From: Lewinellaceae bacterium
Lineage (GTDB): Bacteria; Bacteroidota; Bacteroidia; Chitinophagales; Saprospiraceae
Length of the DNA stretch: 63,469 nucleotides
Assembly (NCBI GenBank): GCA_029976695.1
Contig: JARQTN010000084.1
Span: 1 to 63,469, forward strand
Direction: 5' to 3'
Below, piece by piece: positions 1-10,860 of the stretch. Under the pieces are notes generated by a model. It saw only the letters and a list, made by a program, of their open reading frames with translations, was not told the DNA's origin and did not search any database. Position numbers and translations under genes: made by a program. Numbering within the stretch: position 1 is the first letter of the stretch; each line of letters opens with the position of its first letter.

Positions 1-326
1 GTACGGCAAATCACTCCCCGAATCCAGTGCGTTAAAACAGTTTAACGCCGCTTAACAAATTTTTAATTGAAAAAGGTATGTGTCCCAGATGATGCAATAT
101 TTCATGTAAGGGCTGCTCAGGCTGCTGATAAAGCGGTTCCGTTTTTTGATTTTCACACTCTTTTATGATTATGATGACCATGATCAGTTTTACTCCTGAT
201 AGGAGTCAATCGTAATTTTTATATCTGTTGCCATATTACATAAAAGTTTGCCTTTTTTTCATCAATTTTCTGGACACCCACATACCCATCTTTTCACCTG
301 TCACCTGTTTCCTAAAACCTGTCCTC

Positions 327-3300
327 ATGAGAGCATGTCAATTCATTTACATTTTCCTGTTTTCCTGCGTGTTTTGCATTCTTCAATTGCCGGTTAATGG
401 CCAGCGTGTTTCGGTCAACACCGACGGCTCAGCCGCAGATCCGTCTGCCATGCTGGACATCAAGTCGACAAATGCAGGATTACTCATTCCCAGAATGACG
501 ACACTCCAGCGTACCGGCATCACATCACCGGCTGCAGGACTGGTGGTTTATGATACAAACGAGAACTCGTTCTGGTTCTGGACGGGATTCGGCTGGATGG
601 AAGTGCTGTCGGGATTTGTCCATATGCTTTCCGATACAGACCAGGATACGCGCATCGATGTGGAAGAGTCGTTGGATGAAGACCTGATCCGATTCTATGC
701 GGGCGGCAACGAGCATTTCCGGATGGATGGCCCCCGGCTTAGTGTGCACAATTCGGGTAAATCCGTATTTATCGGTGAGGATGCTGGTGCAAATGACGAT
801 CTGACCAACAATTTGAACTCTTTTATTGGCTATCGGAGCGGCATGCACAATACGACGGGTTATTCCAATGTCGCAACCGGACTTGAATCCCTCCTGAATA
901 ATACGCTCGGGTACAGCAATACAGCGGTCGGGTACAGGGCCATGTACCAGAATTCGAGCGGATACAGAAATACGGCTTTGGGGCAGAGTGCCCTATACCA
1001 AAACACAACGGGCAAGTACAATACGGCACTTGGGTTTGCAGCCAATTACACAAATTCCATTGGAGAACACAATACAGCGGCCGGTTATTACACCCTTTTC
1101 AAAAACACCCTGGGATCGAGGAACGCTGCATACGGGTATAATGCCCTGTACTGGAATACAACAGGGTCTTCCAATGTAGCAATAGGTGCACGGGCACTTT
1201 ACCGGAATACAATCCGGTCCAACCTTGTCGCTGTAGGGGATTCGGCTCTCTACAATAATGGGGTTGGCGCTTCCGGATTTGAAGCTACGAACAATACTGC
1301 CATTGGATCCAAATCATTATATGCGAATACGATCGGATATGCTAATACTGCCATGGGCTATCAGGCACTATATTCCAACACGGATAGATCTAATCTCGTT
1401 GCTGTGGGTAATATGGCATTGTATCACAATGGAACCGGCGCTACATTAGACCATCATGCGATCATGAATACGGCTGTAGGCTCAAAAGCGCTTTCCTCCA
1501 ATACCACAGGTTACTACAATACCGGAATAGGCCATGAAGCACTACTTGATAATACTGCGGGGCACTCAAATACGGCTGTTGGAATGTTTGCATTGGCCAA
1601 CAATATAGATGGAAGTTCGAATACTGCAAATGGGAAATTCGCGCTTCTCCTCAATCAATCCGGGGCGTATAATTGCGCATTTGGCACATCAGCGTTGATG
1701 AACAGCGACAGTGGTGATTATAATATTGCAATAGGGTTCGGACCATTATATAATAATTCTGGCGGCAGTCGAAACGTTGCTATTGGTTTATATGCGTTAC
1801 ATGACAATACAAGTGCAAATTCGAATGTTGCCATTGGCGCAAAAGCACTTTTTAAAAATACAGACAGGTCCAATCTTGTCGCCATCGGAGACTCGGCTCT
1901 GTATAACAATGGACTGAATGCGACATTGGATTTTCCAGCAGAAGAAAATACCGCAATTGGATCAAAAGCGATGTTCTCAAATACAAACGGGTATTACAAT
2001 ACGGCAACGGGGTTTAAAGCGCTTTACTCAAACTTGAGTGGATATTATAATGCTGCATACGGACATCAGGCCTTGCTTTCAAATATATCCGGATATGAAA
2101 ATACAGCAGTCGGGCGAAATGCCATGTACTCCAATGAATCAGGTAATTTAAATGTCGCAGTAGGGGTGGATGCACTGAGGAACAACTCGAATGGCGACGA
2201 CAACACAGCGCTTGGGTACAGATCACTTTATGCCAACACCAGCGGGAGTAAAAATACCGGTGTAGGAAAAAGGAGCCTGAACCAGAATACCTCCGGCCGA
2301 TGGAACACCGCTTCCGGGTATTATACATTGCGTGAAAATTCTTCAGGGACTGCAAACACGGCAGATGGATCGGAGGCACTCTATTCAAATACAACCGGGA
2401 ATGCCAATACGGCAATTGGCGCCAGGGCCCTGTATTTAAATACGGAAAGGAGTAACCTTGTTGCCGTCGGGGATTCTGCCTTGTACAATAATGGAACAAT
2501 TGCCACCCAAAATTTCCACGCCACAAATAATACAGCAGTAGGATCGAAATCCCTTTATTCCAACACATACGGATATTATAATAGTGCATTGGGTTCAAGG
2601 GCCCTGTTTCATAATACATCCGGTCATAGTCTTACGGCTGTTGGGGAAAGGGCTTTACTCGAAAACACTTCCGGATACGCGAACACAGGTATCGGAAGAG
2701 AGAGCTTGTTGAACAATTCAGACGGATCTTTCAATACTGCTGTTGGTTCTTACGCTTTACTCAGTAACATAGGTGGGCACTATAATTCCTCTTTTGGCTC
2801 TGAGGCATTAGAATCGAATACCACCGGAGATTCCAATACCGCGATTGGTCATATGGCTCTTGCAGATAATACGACTGGCTCTTACAGAACCGCTGTAGGA
2901 GCTAATGCCAACAGCACAGGAATTGATTATCAAAATTCTACAGGTATCGGCTACAATGCGGACTGCACAGCTTCAAACCAGGTACGCATCGGGAACTCCC
3001 AGGTTACGAGTATCGGAGGATATGAACCTTGGACTACCCTGCCATCTGACGGACAATTCAAGTTTGGTGTCTCTGAGGATGTTGTCGGTATTGATTTCAT
3101 CCGGGCTCTACGGCCGGTCACATATCAGATAAACCTCTCTGCAATCGAAGGTTTCTTTGCCGAGCATTACGGTGAAAGTGGGTCGAGTATCTTTGTCCGA
3201 ACGAATCAGAAAATGATGAGAAGATACAGTGGATTCATCGCACAGGAAGTAGAAAACGCAGCGCAGTCCCTGGGATATGAATTCAGCGGGATCGATGCAC

Positions 3301-3473
3301 CGAAAAATGCAGATGATTTTTATGGTTTGCGGTATGCTACATTCGTCGTGCCCCTCGTCAAAGCAGTACAGGAGCAGCAGGAGATGATCGAGGAACAAAA
3401 ACAAATGATCCTGGACCAGCAGGAGCAGCTGAATGCATTATTTCAGCGCCTGGAAGACCTGCAGCGCCAATAG
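327..3473 (+). CDS. Secreted fibre-like protein: N-terminal signal peptide, long tract of YadA-head-like 'NTA(I/V)G' beta-roll repeats, C-terminal endosialidase-type intramolecular chaperone (peptidase S74 / tail-fibre) domain and terminal coiled coil
   Basis: ORF 228..3473. The likely true start is the internal Met at 327 ([26 protein letters not shown] is signal-peptide-like). About 50 degenerate 14-aa repeats 'YxNTxGxxNTAxGxxAL'. C-terminus reads 'LPSDGQFKF...RPVTYQ...[11 protein letters not shown]...[26 protein letters not shown]', which matches the PF13884/S74 chaperone-of-endosialidase pattern including the S-x4-K dyad. It ends in a Q/E-rich heptad coiled coil. Confidence 0.7.
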   Translation: MRACQFIYIFLFSCVFCILQLPVNGQRVSVNTDGSAADPSAMLDIKSTNAGLLIPRMTTLQRTGITSPAAGLVVYDTNENSFWFWTGFGWMEVLSGFVHMLSDTDQDTRIDVEESLDEDLIRFYAGGNEHFRMDGPRLSVHNSGKSVFIGEDAGANDDLTNNLNSFIGYRSGMHNTTGYSNVATGLESLLNNTLGYSNTAVGYRAMYQNSSGYRNTALGQSALYQNTTGKYNTALGFAANYTNSIGEHNTAAGYYTLFKNTLGSRNAAYGYNALYWNTTGSSNVAIGARALYRNTIRSNLVAVGDSALYNNGVGASGFEATNNTAIGSKSLYANTIGYANTAMGYQALYSNTDRSNLVAVGNMALYHNGTGATLDHHAIMNTAVGSKALSSNTTGYYNTGIGHEALLDNTAGHSNTAVGMFALANNIDGSSNTANGKFALLLNQSGAYNCAFGTSALMNSDSGDYNIAIGFGPLYNNSGGSRNVAIGLYALHDNTSANSNVAIGAKALFKNTDRSNLVAIGDSALYNNGLNATLDFPAEENTAIGSKAMFSNTNGYYNTATGFKALYSNLSGYYNAAYGHQALLSNISGYENTAVGRNAMYSNESGNLNVAVGVDALRNNSNGDDNTALGYRSLYANTSGSKNTGVGKRSLNQNTSGRWNTASGYYTLRENSSGTANTADGSEALYSNTTGNANTAIGARALYLNTERSNLVAVGDSALYNNGTIATQNFHATNNTAVGSKSLYSNTYGYYNSALGSRALFHNTSGHSLTAVGERALLENTSGYANTGIGRESLLNNSDGSFNTAVGSYALLSNIGGHYNSSFGSEALESNTTGDSNTAIGHMALADNTTGSYRTAVGANANSTGIDYQNSTGIGYNADCTASNQVRIGNSQVTSIGGYEPWTTLPSDGQFKFGVSEDVVGIDFIRALRPVTYQINLSAIEGFFAEHYGESGSSIFVRTNQKMMRRYSGFIAQEVENAAQSLGYEFSGIDAPKNADDFYGLRYATFVVPLVKAVQEQQEMIEEQKQMILDQQEQLNALFQRLEDLQRQ
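813..2950 (+). repeat. In-frame tandem 42-nt (14-aa) NTAxG repeat tract, with four copies of a longer conserved super-motif ([16 protein letters not shown] ... NTAIGSK(S/A)LYSNTxGYYNT)
   Basis: Periodicity read directly from the translation of ORF 228..3473. The super-motif recurs near nt 1214, 1384, 1864 and 2446. Confidence 0.5.
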
Positions 3474-3802
3474 ATTTCCAATTCCCAGCAAAATCCAGCG
3501 AAGCTATTGGTACAACTTGGGGTGGGTGAACTTATGGCCAAATCAGTAAAGCCTTCCAGGCGTCAGTATGAACGTTTGTTTTAGCGGGCTGGCAACCAGC
3601 CAGTGTATGACTTGTTGACAATCGATGATTTCACATTCGACATAAAGCGCTTTTGAGCAGCCATTGCTGGTGTACAAAGGGCTCCAACCCAAGGTTTATT
3701 TAGAATTTTTTCATTGGGCATTGCACCTTTTCCGCACCTTGAGCCCTTGTCCCTTGCCTGGTACTTGAGTCCTTGATTCTTGTCTCTGATTTGTCCCCGC
3801 TC

Positions 3803-4258
3803 CTAAGTTCGCGCCATCCTTTTCTCACGGAAAAAATCCTGCATCAGCGCCTGGCATTCGTCGTGCAGCACCCCATACTCAAGTTTCGTTTTCGGGTGCA
3901 ACAACTCCTTGCCATACCGCATGAAACCCTGTTTCTCGTCGCTTGCACCGTAAACCACACGTCCCAACTGTGCCCACCGGATTGCGCCGGCACACATCAC
4001 ACAGGGTTCAAGAGTCACGTAAAGCGTGCATCCCTGCAGGTATTTGGCCCCCAGGTGCTGGGCGGCAGCGGTGATGGTGATCATCTCCGCATGGGCAGTG
4101 ACGTCAGTAAGCAACTCGGTGGAATTGTGCCCTTTCGCCAGGATCTGGTTGTTTGATACGATGATGGCCCCGACGGGTACTTCCCCTTCTTCATACGCCA
4201 TCCTGGCCTCCTGGAGGGCGACTTTCATGAAGTATTCATCCGTATATACATCGAGCAT
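3803..4258 (-). CDS. tadA: tRNA adenosine(34) deaminase (CMP/dCMP deaminase fold)
   Basis: 151 aa. HAE...PCVMCAGA zinc-binding motifs typical of TadA. Confidence 0.85.
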   Translation of the reverse strand: MLDVYTDEYFMKVALQEARMAYEEGEVPVGAIIVSNNQILAKGHNSTELLTDVTAHAEMITITAAAQHLGAKYLQGCTLYVTLEPCVMCAGAIRWAQLGRVVYGASDEKQGFMRYGKELLHPKTKLEYGVLHDECQALMQDFFREKRMART

Positions 4259-4314
4259 CTGTGCGTCATTTTGAGTGAAACGAATATAGAGAATTCAGGA
4301 TTAAAAAATTATCT

Positions 4315-5799
4315 TTGCGCATGGAACGAATATACATTTCAAAAAGCGAGCTTTTTCGCGAAGCACTTACCTACGACGACGTCCTCCTTGTCCCTGCATA
4401 TTCAGAAGTTTTACCCAGGGAAGTCAGCATCAAATCCAGAATTACACGCGATATCCAGCTAAACGTGCCGATCGTTTCGGCTGCCATGGATACCGTGACT
4501 GAAAAGGAATTGGCTATTGCCATTGCCCGAGAAGGGGGGATGGGGATTATCCACAAGAATATGACCATCGTGGACCAGGCGGACCAGGTCAGGAGTGTCA
4601 AGCGGTCTGAAAGTGGTATGATCCAGGACCCGGTAACGCTTTTCGAGAATGCGACGATCGGGGATGCTCAGGGACTGATGAAACAATACAGGATCGGGGG
4701 GATCCCGATCGTGGATGCGCAGTACCGCCTGATTGGCATTCTGACGAACAGGGACCTCAGGTTTGAAACGGATCATCATCTGTCCGTGAAAGAGCTCATG
4801 ACAAAGGAAAACCTGGTTACAGTGCCTGTCGGCACGACGCTTGAGCAGGCCAAGGCCATGCTGCAGAAACACAAGATCGAGAAGCTTCCTGTTGTGGATG
4901 CCAACGGGATCCTGGCAGGCCTGATCACGTTTAAAGACTTGATGAAGCTGGAGGATTATCCGAACAGCTGCAAGGATGACTATGGACGTTTGCGTGTTGG
5001 AGCAGCGGTCGGCATCGCCAGTGATACGCATGACCGGCTGGATGCGCTTGTGGAAGTAGGCGTGGATGTGATCTGCGTGGATACGGCGCATGGACACAGT
5101 GCCGGGGTACTCAACATGGTCAGTGAAATCAAGTCCCGGCATCCGGACCTGCAGGTAGTCGGTGGAAATGTGGCAACCAGGGAAGGTGCCCAGGCCCTGA
5201 TCGATGCAGGTGTGGATGGCATTAAAGTGGGTGTGGGTCCAGGTTCTATCTGTACCACACGGGTCGTGGCAGGCGTAGGCGTGCCCCAGTTATCGGCGAT
5301 CTATCATGCAGCACTTGCTGGCAAGAAAGCGAATGTCCCTGTCATCGGCGACGGGGGGATCAGGTATACGGGCGATATCGCAAAAGCGATTGCCGCCGGT
5401 GCGAGTTCGATCATGGCGGGATCCCTGTTTGCCGGTTGTGAGGAGTCACCGGGAGAGACAGTTATCCTCGAAGGGCGCAAATTCAAGATTTACCGAGGCA
5501 TGGGATCTGTAACCGCCATGTCGCAGGGGTCCAAGGACCGGTATTTCCAGGATGTGGAGGACGACATCAAAAAGCTGGTGCCGGAAGGCATTGAAGGACG
5601 AGTACCCTACAAGGGGACTCTCGCCGAAGTGATGGTCCAGTATATCGGCGGACTGCGTGCAGGTATGGGGTACTGTGGTGCGAAGGATATCGATACCCTG
5701 CATGATGCCAATTTTGTGAAGATCTCGACAGCGGGTGTGACGGAATCCCATCCACACGATGTGACGATCACCAAGGAATCACCAAATTATTCCCGTTAG
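4315..5799 (+). CDS. guaB: IMP dehydrogenase
   Basis: 494 aa. N-terminal '[15 protein letters not shown]', a CBS pair, and the catalytic loop '[11 protein letters not shown] ... [15 protein letters not shown]'. Confidence 0.9.
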   Translation: MRMERIYISKSELFREALTYDDVLLVPAYSEVLPREVSIKSRITRDIQLNVPIVSAAMDTVTEKELAIAIAREGGMGIIHKNMTIVDQADQVRSVKRSESGMIQDPVTLFENATIGDAQGLMKQYRIGGIPIVDAQYRLIGILTNRDLRFETDHHLSVKELMTKENLVTVPVGTTLEQAKAMLQKHKIEKLPVVDANGILAGLITFKDLMKLEDYPNSCKDDYGRLRVGAAVGIASDTHDRLDALVEVGVDVICVDTAHGHSAGVLNMVSEIKSRHPDLQVVGGNVATREGAQALIDAGVDGIKVGVGPGSICTTRVVAGVGVPQLSAIYHAALAGKKANVPVIGDGGIRYTGDIAKAIAAGASSIMAGSLFAGCEESPGETVILEGRKFKIYRGMGSVTAMSQGSKDRYFQDVEDDIKKLVPEGIEGRVPYKGTLAEVMVQYIGGLRAGMGYCGAKDIDTLHDANFVKISTAGVTESHPHDVTITKESPNYSR

Positions 5800-5804
5800 T
5801 TTGT

Positions 5805-6416
5805 ATGGGAAAACGGCTCGGCCAGGATTTCTTTTTGAGGGATGATGTGACGGAAGTGGCTAAAGACCTGCTGGGAAAGGTCATCGTCAGCAAGCGTGAT
5901 GGCTGTACCACTTCAGGGATCATCGTCGAAACGGAAGCTTACCGTGGTCCTGAGGACAAAGCGAGCCATGCTTACGGAGGGCGCCGGACCAGCCGGACAG
6001 AGGTCATGTACCATCGGGGAGGTACGGCATATGTGTATCTCTGCTACGGGATCCACCACTTGTTCAATGTGGTTTCCGCACCTGTTGGTGTCCCCCATGC
6101 CGTCCTTGTCCGCGCGATCCAGCCTGTGATCGGCCTTGAAGTGATGCAGGGCAGGAGGGGGAAAAAGAAAATTCACCCCAGCCTGACTGCCGGGCCGGGC
6201 AGCCTGAGCCAGGCATTAGGGATCAGGACGGACTGGACCGGAGTTGATCTGCTTTCCGGATCTGCCCCGGTATGGATAGAAGACAGTTCTTTCAGGTTCT
6301 CTTCCAGCCAGATTTCAAGCGGTCCGCGTATCGGGATCGATTATGCCGAAGAATATCGCTTCGTTGAATGGAGATTTTGGTTGAAAGGTTCTCCGTGGGT
6401 GAGCGTGCATCGTTAG
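5805..6416 (+). CDS. DNA-3-methyladenine glycosylase (Mpg/AAG family)
   Basis: 203 aa. 'IIVETEAYRGPEDKASHAYGGRRTSRTEVMYHRGGTAYVYLCYGIHHLFNVV' matches the MPG family core. Confidence 0.75.
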   Translation: MGKRLGQDFFLRDDVTEVAKDLLGKVIVSKRDGCTTSGIIVETEAYRGPEDKASHAYGGRRTSRTEVMYHRGGTAYVYLCYGIHHLFNVVSAPVGVPHAVLVRAIQPVIGLEVMQGRRGKKKIHPSLTAGPGSLSQALGIRTDWTGVDLLSGSAPVWIEDSSFRFSSSQISSGPRIGIDYAEEYRFVEWRFWLKGSPWVSVHR

Positions 6417-6477
6417 AATGTTGTTAAAACCCGGAAATCGCCGTGCTCATTGACGACGATTCTGTTATTTCGGGTAA

Positions 6478-7833
6478 ATGAAATTTGCAGGTATGAAACT
6501 TCGTATCAAGTTCACTTTGTTTTTTTTCGGCCTGCTGGCATTCCTGCCGCTCAGCAGCCAGGACCTGGTTTATGATAACATGATCTATGATCCGGATATC
6601 AGGTCGGTGAAGTTTCACCTCGATGGACTGTATACATCAAATCCGATCGTCGAACTTGGTGAACGCGGTCACCTTGTCCTCTCCTTTGACGATATATCCG
6701 GTAGTTCAAGATACCTGCAGTATTCCATCATCCATTGCGACCGGAACTGGAATCCCTCCGAGGAGCTCAACCTGTTTGATTACCTGGATGGCTATGAATC
6801 CAACCCGATCAACTATTACGCTTTTTCATACGGCACATTCACGGATTATACACATTACGACCTGAGGATACCCAATGACGATTTGAATTGGAAGATCAGC
6901 GGAAATTATATCCTCAAGGTTTTTGACGAGGATGAGCAGGTCCTGCTCACCCGGCGATTTATAGTCGTGGACTCCAGTGTCAAGATCGAGCATGAATTTG
7001 AAAGACCTGCAGTTGCCTCGAAATTCAGGACGCACCATGAAATCGATTTTCGCATCGACCCACTGAATACGCGGCTGGTGAACCCGGACCAGGAGCTGAC
7101 TGCTGTCGTGATGCAGAATGGCCGGTGGGACAATGCCATCACTGGGATCAAGCACCGTTTCGTGCTTGGAAAATACTTTGTGTACGACTTCCAGGACCAG
7201 ATCATATTTGAAGCCGGAAAGGAATTCCGCAATATCGACCTGACCAGTGTGCGGTACCGGACCGAAAATGTGATGGAGATCCAGAATTATAAAGATGGGG
7301 TCACAGTGATCAGGGACAAGGAGTATGCGCGGGCGCACCAAAGCCCTTTTACGGAGATAGACCTCAATGGGAAATATGTGATCAAAACGGATGACAGGTA
7401 CCAGAACCTCCGTGGGGAGTCCGGGCTTGTGACGGCCACTCAGCGTTTTGCCTCATTCGGAAATGCAGGCATCCACAACCTCGAATCAGAATATGTGGAT
7501 GTCGTCTTCAGCCTTGTGATGGATGCCCCCCTGCTCCACGATGTCTACATGTTTGGTGAAGTTACCGACTGGCAAATGCAGGACAGATACCGCATGCAGT
7601 GGGATGACCGGCTCGGGGGATACATCAATACCCTGCACCTCAAACAGGGATACTACGAGTACTACTATGTCATCGAAGGGGAGGATGGCCTTGCGGACCA
7701 TTCCAAAATCGAAGGCAACTGGTATGAAACGACCAACGATTATACCATCCTGCTCTATTACCGGCCTTTTGGAAGCAGGTATGACCAGTTGATCGGGGCG
7801 CACAGTTTCAGTTCGCGGGACCAGTTCAGATAG
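6478..7833 (+). CDS. Secreted hypothetical protein, possibly DUF5103 / T9SS plug-like family
   Basis: 451 aa. N-terminal signal peptide (FTLFFFGLLAFLPLSSQ). Size and residue composition are reminiscent of Bacteroidota DUF5103 proteins. The family assignment is from memory only. Confidence 0.4.
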   Translation: MKFAGMKLRIKFTLFFFGLLAFLPLSSQDLVYDNMIYDPDIRSVKFHLDGLYTSNPIVELGERGHLVLSFDDISGSSRYLQYSIIHCDRNWNPSEELNLFDYLDGYESNPINYYAFSYGTFTDYTHYDLRIPNDDLNWKISGNYILKVFDEDEQVLLTRRFIVVDSSVKIEHEFERPAVASKFRTHHEIDFRIDPLNTRLVNPDQELTAVVMQNGRWDNAITGIKHRFVLGKYFVYDFQDQIIFEAGKEFRNIDLTSVRYRTENVMEIQNYKDGVTVIRDKEYARAHQSPFTEIDLNGKYVIKTDDRYQNLRGESGLVTATQRFASFGNAGIHNLESEYVDVVFSLVMDAPLLHDVYMFGEVTDWQMQDRYRMQWDDRLGGYINTLHLKQGYYEYYYVIEGEDGLADHSKIEGNWYETTNDYTILLYYRPFGSRYDQLIGAHSFSSRDQFR

Positions 7834-7973
7834 CCCATATACCGGCTGATTTCCATATCTTCGTATGTCTGATTGATCTGAATATTTGCCATATTCATAT
7901 AAAAGATCATGCAGCGTGGAGAAGATGCGATATCATTGCGGTTGATATGATCGTACGCGTCAAATTAATTGAC

Positions 7974-9416
7974 ATGAAAACAATCCTCATGAAACGATTG
8001 CTGATCCTTTCGTTCTCCCTGTTTTTTGCACATATTTCATTTTCACAGGAAGTCTGGTCACTTGAACGGTGTGTCCGCCATGCGTTGGACACCAGCCTGG
8101 TCATCCGGCAATCGAAACTGCTGGTTGACAATACAAAATTGTCGGGAAAATCCCTGAAACACCAGCGGTACCCCAATCTGAATGCCAGTACGGGTTTCGG
8201 GATCAACTTCGGACGTGTGATCAACCCGGCAACAAACCTTTTTGAAACGGAGAATTCCCTTTTTCAAAGTGCCGGGATTTCTTCAAGTGTCAACCTGTAC
8301 AGCGGCCTGCAGCTTACGAATCGCATCCGCCAGAACAGCTTTGACCAGCAGGCTGCAGATGCAGACCTCAGGCAGGCTGAAAATGACCTTGCACTCAATG
8401 TCGCCCTGACTTACCTGAATGTCCTGTTTGCCTATGAAAACCTTGCAAATGCAGAACTGACAAAGGCAAGGACAGAACAGCAGCTCGATCAACTCGACCG
8501 CTTCATCGCCGCAGGAACCCGGCCGGAAAATGAACGATATGATATCCTTGCCCAGTTGGCTTCGGATGAGCAGAACCTGATCAACTTCCAGAACAGTGTG
8601 GACAATAACCTCCTTGCACTGAAGCAGCTTTTACTCCTGGATCCGGCATACCCGCTTGAAGTCGAAGTCCCTGAAATCGGACTTGAAGACATCGAGGCCC
8701 TGGAAAACCTGGAAATGGCTGCTGTCTACAATGCTGCCCTCAATACACAGCCGGTCATCGAGGCGACTGAATTCAGGCTGCGGAGTGCCGAGAAAGGTGT
8801 GGATATTGCACGCGGCCAGATGAGCCCCAGCCTCTCGCTTTCGGGAAGTCTGGGTACCAACTGGTCGGACCTGGCAAGGCAAATCGCGGGTGAGACGACG
8901 GTCAGAAGAGAACAGGATGGCGTTTTCATCAATGGTGAACCTGTCCTGTTTGAAGTCGAGCAGTCAGTCCCGACATCTGTTGTTCAGACACCATACCTGG
9001 ACCAGGTTGAAAACAATTTCGGGTATGGATTCAATCTGAGCCTGCGCATACCGATCTACAATAATTTTCAGGCCCGTGTGGCGGTTGAGCGGGCGGAACT
9101 GGACATCCTGCGCACAAAGACCGAAAATGAACAGGTCAGGCAGACACTCAAGACAGACATCCAGAATGCGATCACAGCTGCCCGGGCAGGGAAAAAGACC
9201 CTCGTGGCCTCCGAAAGGTCGCTGGAAGCAAGCCAGATCGCATACGATAATGCACTCAAGAGATATGACGTGGGCGCCATAAACAGTTTTGACCTGATCA
9301 ATGCACAGAACAGGCTGGAGGCTGCAAAGGTGTCCATGACCATTGCAAAATATGATTATATCTTCAGGATCCTGGTCATCGAGTTCTACCTGGGCAGGGG
9401 CCTTAGGCTGGATTGA
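7974..9416 (+). CDS. TolC-family outer membrane efflux protein
   Basis: ORF 7947..9416, with the probable start at the Met beginning 'MKTILMKRLLILSFSLFFAHISFSQ' (signal peptide). Two OEP-like repeats with coiled-coil segments. C-terminal '...YDYIFRILVIEFYLG'. Confidence 0.8.
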   Translation: MKTILMKRLLILSFSLFFAHISFSQEVWSLERCVRHALDTSLVIRQSKLLVDNTKLSGKSLKHQRYPNLNASTGFGINFGRVINPATNLFETENSLFQSAGISSSVNLYSGLQLTNRIRQNSFDQQAADADLRQAENDLALNVALTYLNVLFAYENLANAELTKARTEQQLDQLDRFIAAGTRPENERYDILAQLASDEQNLINFQNSVDNNLLALKQLLLLDPAYPLEVEVPEIGLEDIEALENLEMAAVYNAALNTQPVIEATEFRLRSAEKGVDIARGQMSPSLSLSGSLGTNWSDLARQIAGETTVRREQDGVFINGEPVLFEVEQSVPTSVVQTPYLDQVENNFGYGFNLSLRIPIYNNFQARVAVERAELDILRTKTENEQVRQTLKTDIQNAITAARAGKKTLVASERSLEASQIAYDNALKRYDVGAINSFDLINAQNRLEAAKVSMTIAKYDYIFRILVIEFYLGRGLRLD

Positions 9417-9475
9417 CAGGACAGCATGAAATATCCGGGCTGAACGGGAATTCCCAGCCCTGAAAATGAGAAACC

Positions 9476-10858
9476 ATGGCAAAAAAGAAAAACAACCGGA
9501 CACTGATCATTGTGCTGGTCGTCGCAGCGGCCGCATTAGCAACACTTGCCTATTTCAAGGCGAAACAAAAACCGCGGGGGGAAGCCGTGGAAACGGAGAA
9601 AGTGGAGCGGAGGACCATCCGTGAAACGGTGTCAGCGAGCGGCAAGGTCTTTCCCGAGAAAGAGGTCAAAATCAGTTCAGACGTATCGGGTGAGATCGTA
9701 GAGCTTTTTGTCGAGGAAGGGGATTCTGTCAAGTCTGGCCAGGTACTTGCCCGGATCGATCCGGATGCCTACCAGTCTGCAGTCGAGCGTGGTGTGGCCA
9801 GCGTGAATACTTCCAAAAGTGAATTATCCAGGTCCAAAGCAGCTGTAGAAAATACCATCGCCCAGCTGGAGCAGATCAAAGCCCAGCTGGATAATGCACG
9901 CAGTATCCACCAGCGGAATGTAAAACTCAGGGAAGAGGGGGTGATCTCCGAACAGGATTTCGAAGCGTCCCTGACGAATGTCCAGCAATTGGAAGCGAAT
10001 AAGCGTGCGGCCGAGGCGAGCAAACGAAGCGCGGAGCAAAGCGTCGAATCGGCCAAATACAATGTGAAAAGCTCCGAAGCATCCCTGAAGGAATTGCGCA
10101 CGAACCTGAGCAGGACCACCATCACCTCACCCACAGACGGGGTAATCTCCATGCTCGGCGTAGAGCAGGGAGAGCGGGTCGTCGGGACGATCCAGATGAC
10201 GGGGACAGAAATGATGCGCATAGCCAATTTCAACAGCATGGAGGTGCAGGTGGAAGTGAGTGAAAACGATATCCTGCGTGTATCACTGGGAGATACAGCT
10301 GAAATCGAGGTGGATGCGTACCTGGAAGAGAAATTTTTAGGGGTCGTCACGGAAATTGCGAGTTCTGCAATGAACACATCAGGCAGCGGACAGGTGGCCC
10401 TGACCTCTGACCAGGTGACGAACTTTGTGGTCAAGATCCGTATCCTGCCCGAATCCTATGCACACCTTGTCGGAAATGGGTCCTTGATCCCGTTCCGCCC
10501 GGGGATGTCTGCTGCCGTGGATATCAACACGAATACGGTATCCAATGTCCTGAGTATCCCGATCCAGGCTGTGACCACCCGTGAGAAGGACCCGAAAAAG
10601 GGCCCGGGAAAGGAAAAGTCCGAACTTGATGATGATGAATTGCGAGAAGTCGTATTCGAATTCACCGAAGCAGATACGGCCAGGATGGTACCTGTAAAAA
10701 CGGGTATCCAGGATAATGAATATATCCAGGTGCTTTCCGGCCTCGAAGGCGAAGAGACCATTGTGACAGGGCCCTATTCAGCAGTCAGCCGAAAACTCGA
10801 AAGCGGCATGTCCCTGAGGAAAAAGGAGAAAAGGGAAGGAGAGGGCACTTCTGACTGA
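9476..10858 (+). CDS. Efflux transporter periplasmic adaptor (HlyD/membrane-fusion-protein family)
   Basis: 460 aa. N-terminal TM anchor, a ~150-aa coiled-coil hairpin, and a beta-barrel/lipoyl-like region ('VVKIRILPE', 'IPIQAV'). C-terminal K/E-rich tail. Confidence 0.8.
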   Translation: MAKKKNNRTLIIVLVVAAAALATLAYFKAKQKPRGEAVETEKVERRTIRETVSASGKVFPEKEVKISSDVSGEIVELFVEEGDSVKSGQVLARIDPDAYQSAVERGVASVNTSKSELSRSKAAVENTIAQLEQIKAQLDNARSIHQRNVKLREEGVISEQDFEASLTNVQQLEANKRAAEASKRSAEQSVESAKYNVKSSEASLKELRTNLSRTTITSPTDGVISMLGVEQGERVVGTIQMTGTEMMRIANFNSMEVQVEVSENDILRVSLGDTAEIEVDAYLEEKFLGVVTEIASSAMNTSGSGQVALTSDQVTNFVVKIRILPESYAHLVGNGSLIPFRPGMSAAVDINTNTVSNVLSIPIQAVTTREKDPKKGPGKEKSELDDDELREVVFEFTEADTARMVPVKTGIQDNEYIQVLSGLEGEETIVTGPYSAVSRKLESGMSLRKKEKREGEGTSD

Positions 10859-10860
10859 TC

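Noticed and set aside
327-3473. Possibility that the fibre gene marks a prophage
   Set aside because: No integrase, capsid, terminase, lysis or tRNA attachment features are visible within several kb. Flanking genes are core metabolism, and the protein carries a Sec signal peptide.
3474-3802. 329-nt gap between the fibre gene and tadA, with repeated 'cttgagcccttg / cttgagtccttg' motifs
   Set aside because: They are short degenerate direct repeats with no hairpin plus U-run and no ORF. They are probably promoter or spacer sequence, which is insufficient to call a feature.
4459-5142. 227-aa antisense ORF within guaB
   Set aside because: It lies entirely antisense to a highly conserved IMPDH gene and has no recognisable domain.
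9769-10434. 221-aa antisense ORF within the membrane-fusion adaptor gene, and 17846..18481 antisense to flotillin
   Set aside because: They are antisense to coiled-coil-encoding (Ala/Glu/Lys codon-rich) DNA, which leaves the reverse frames open by chance.
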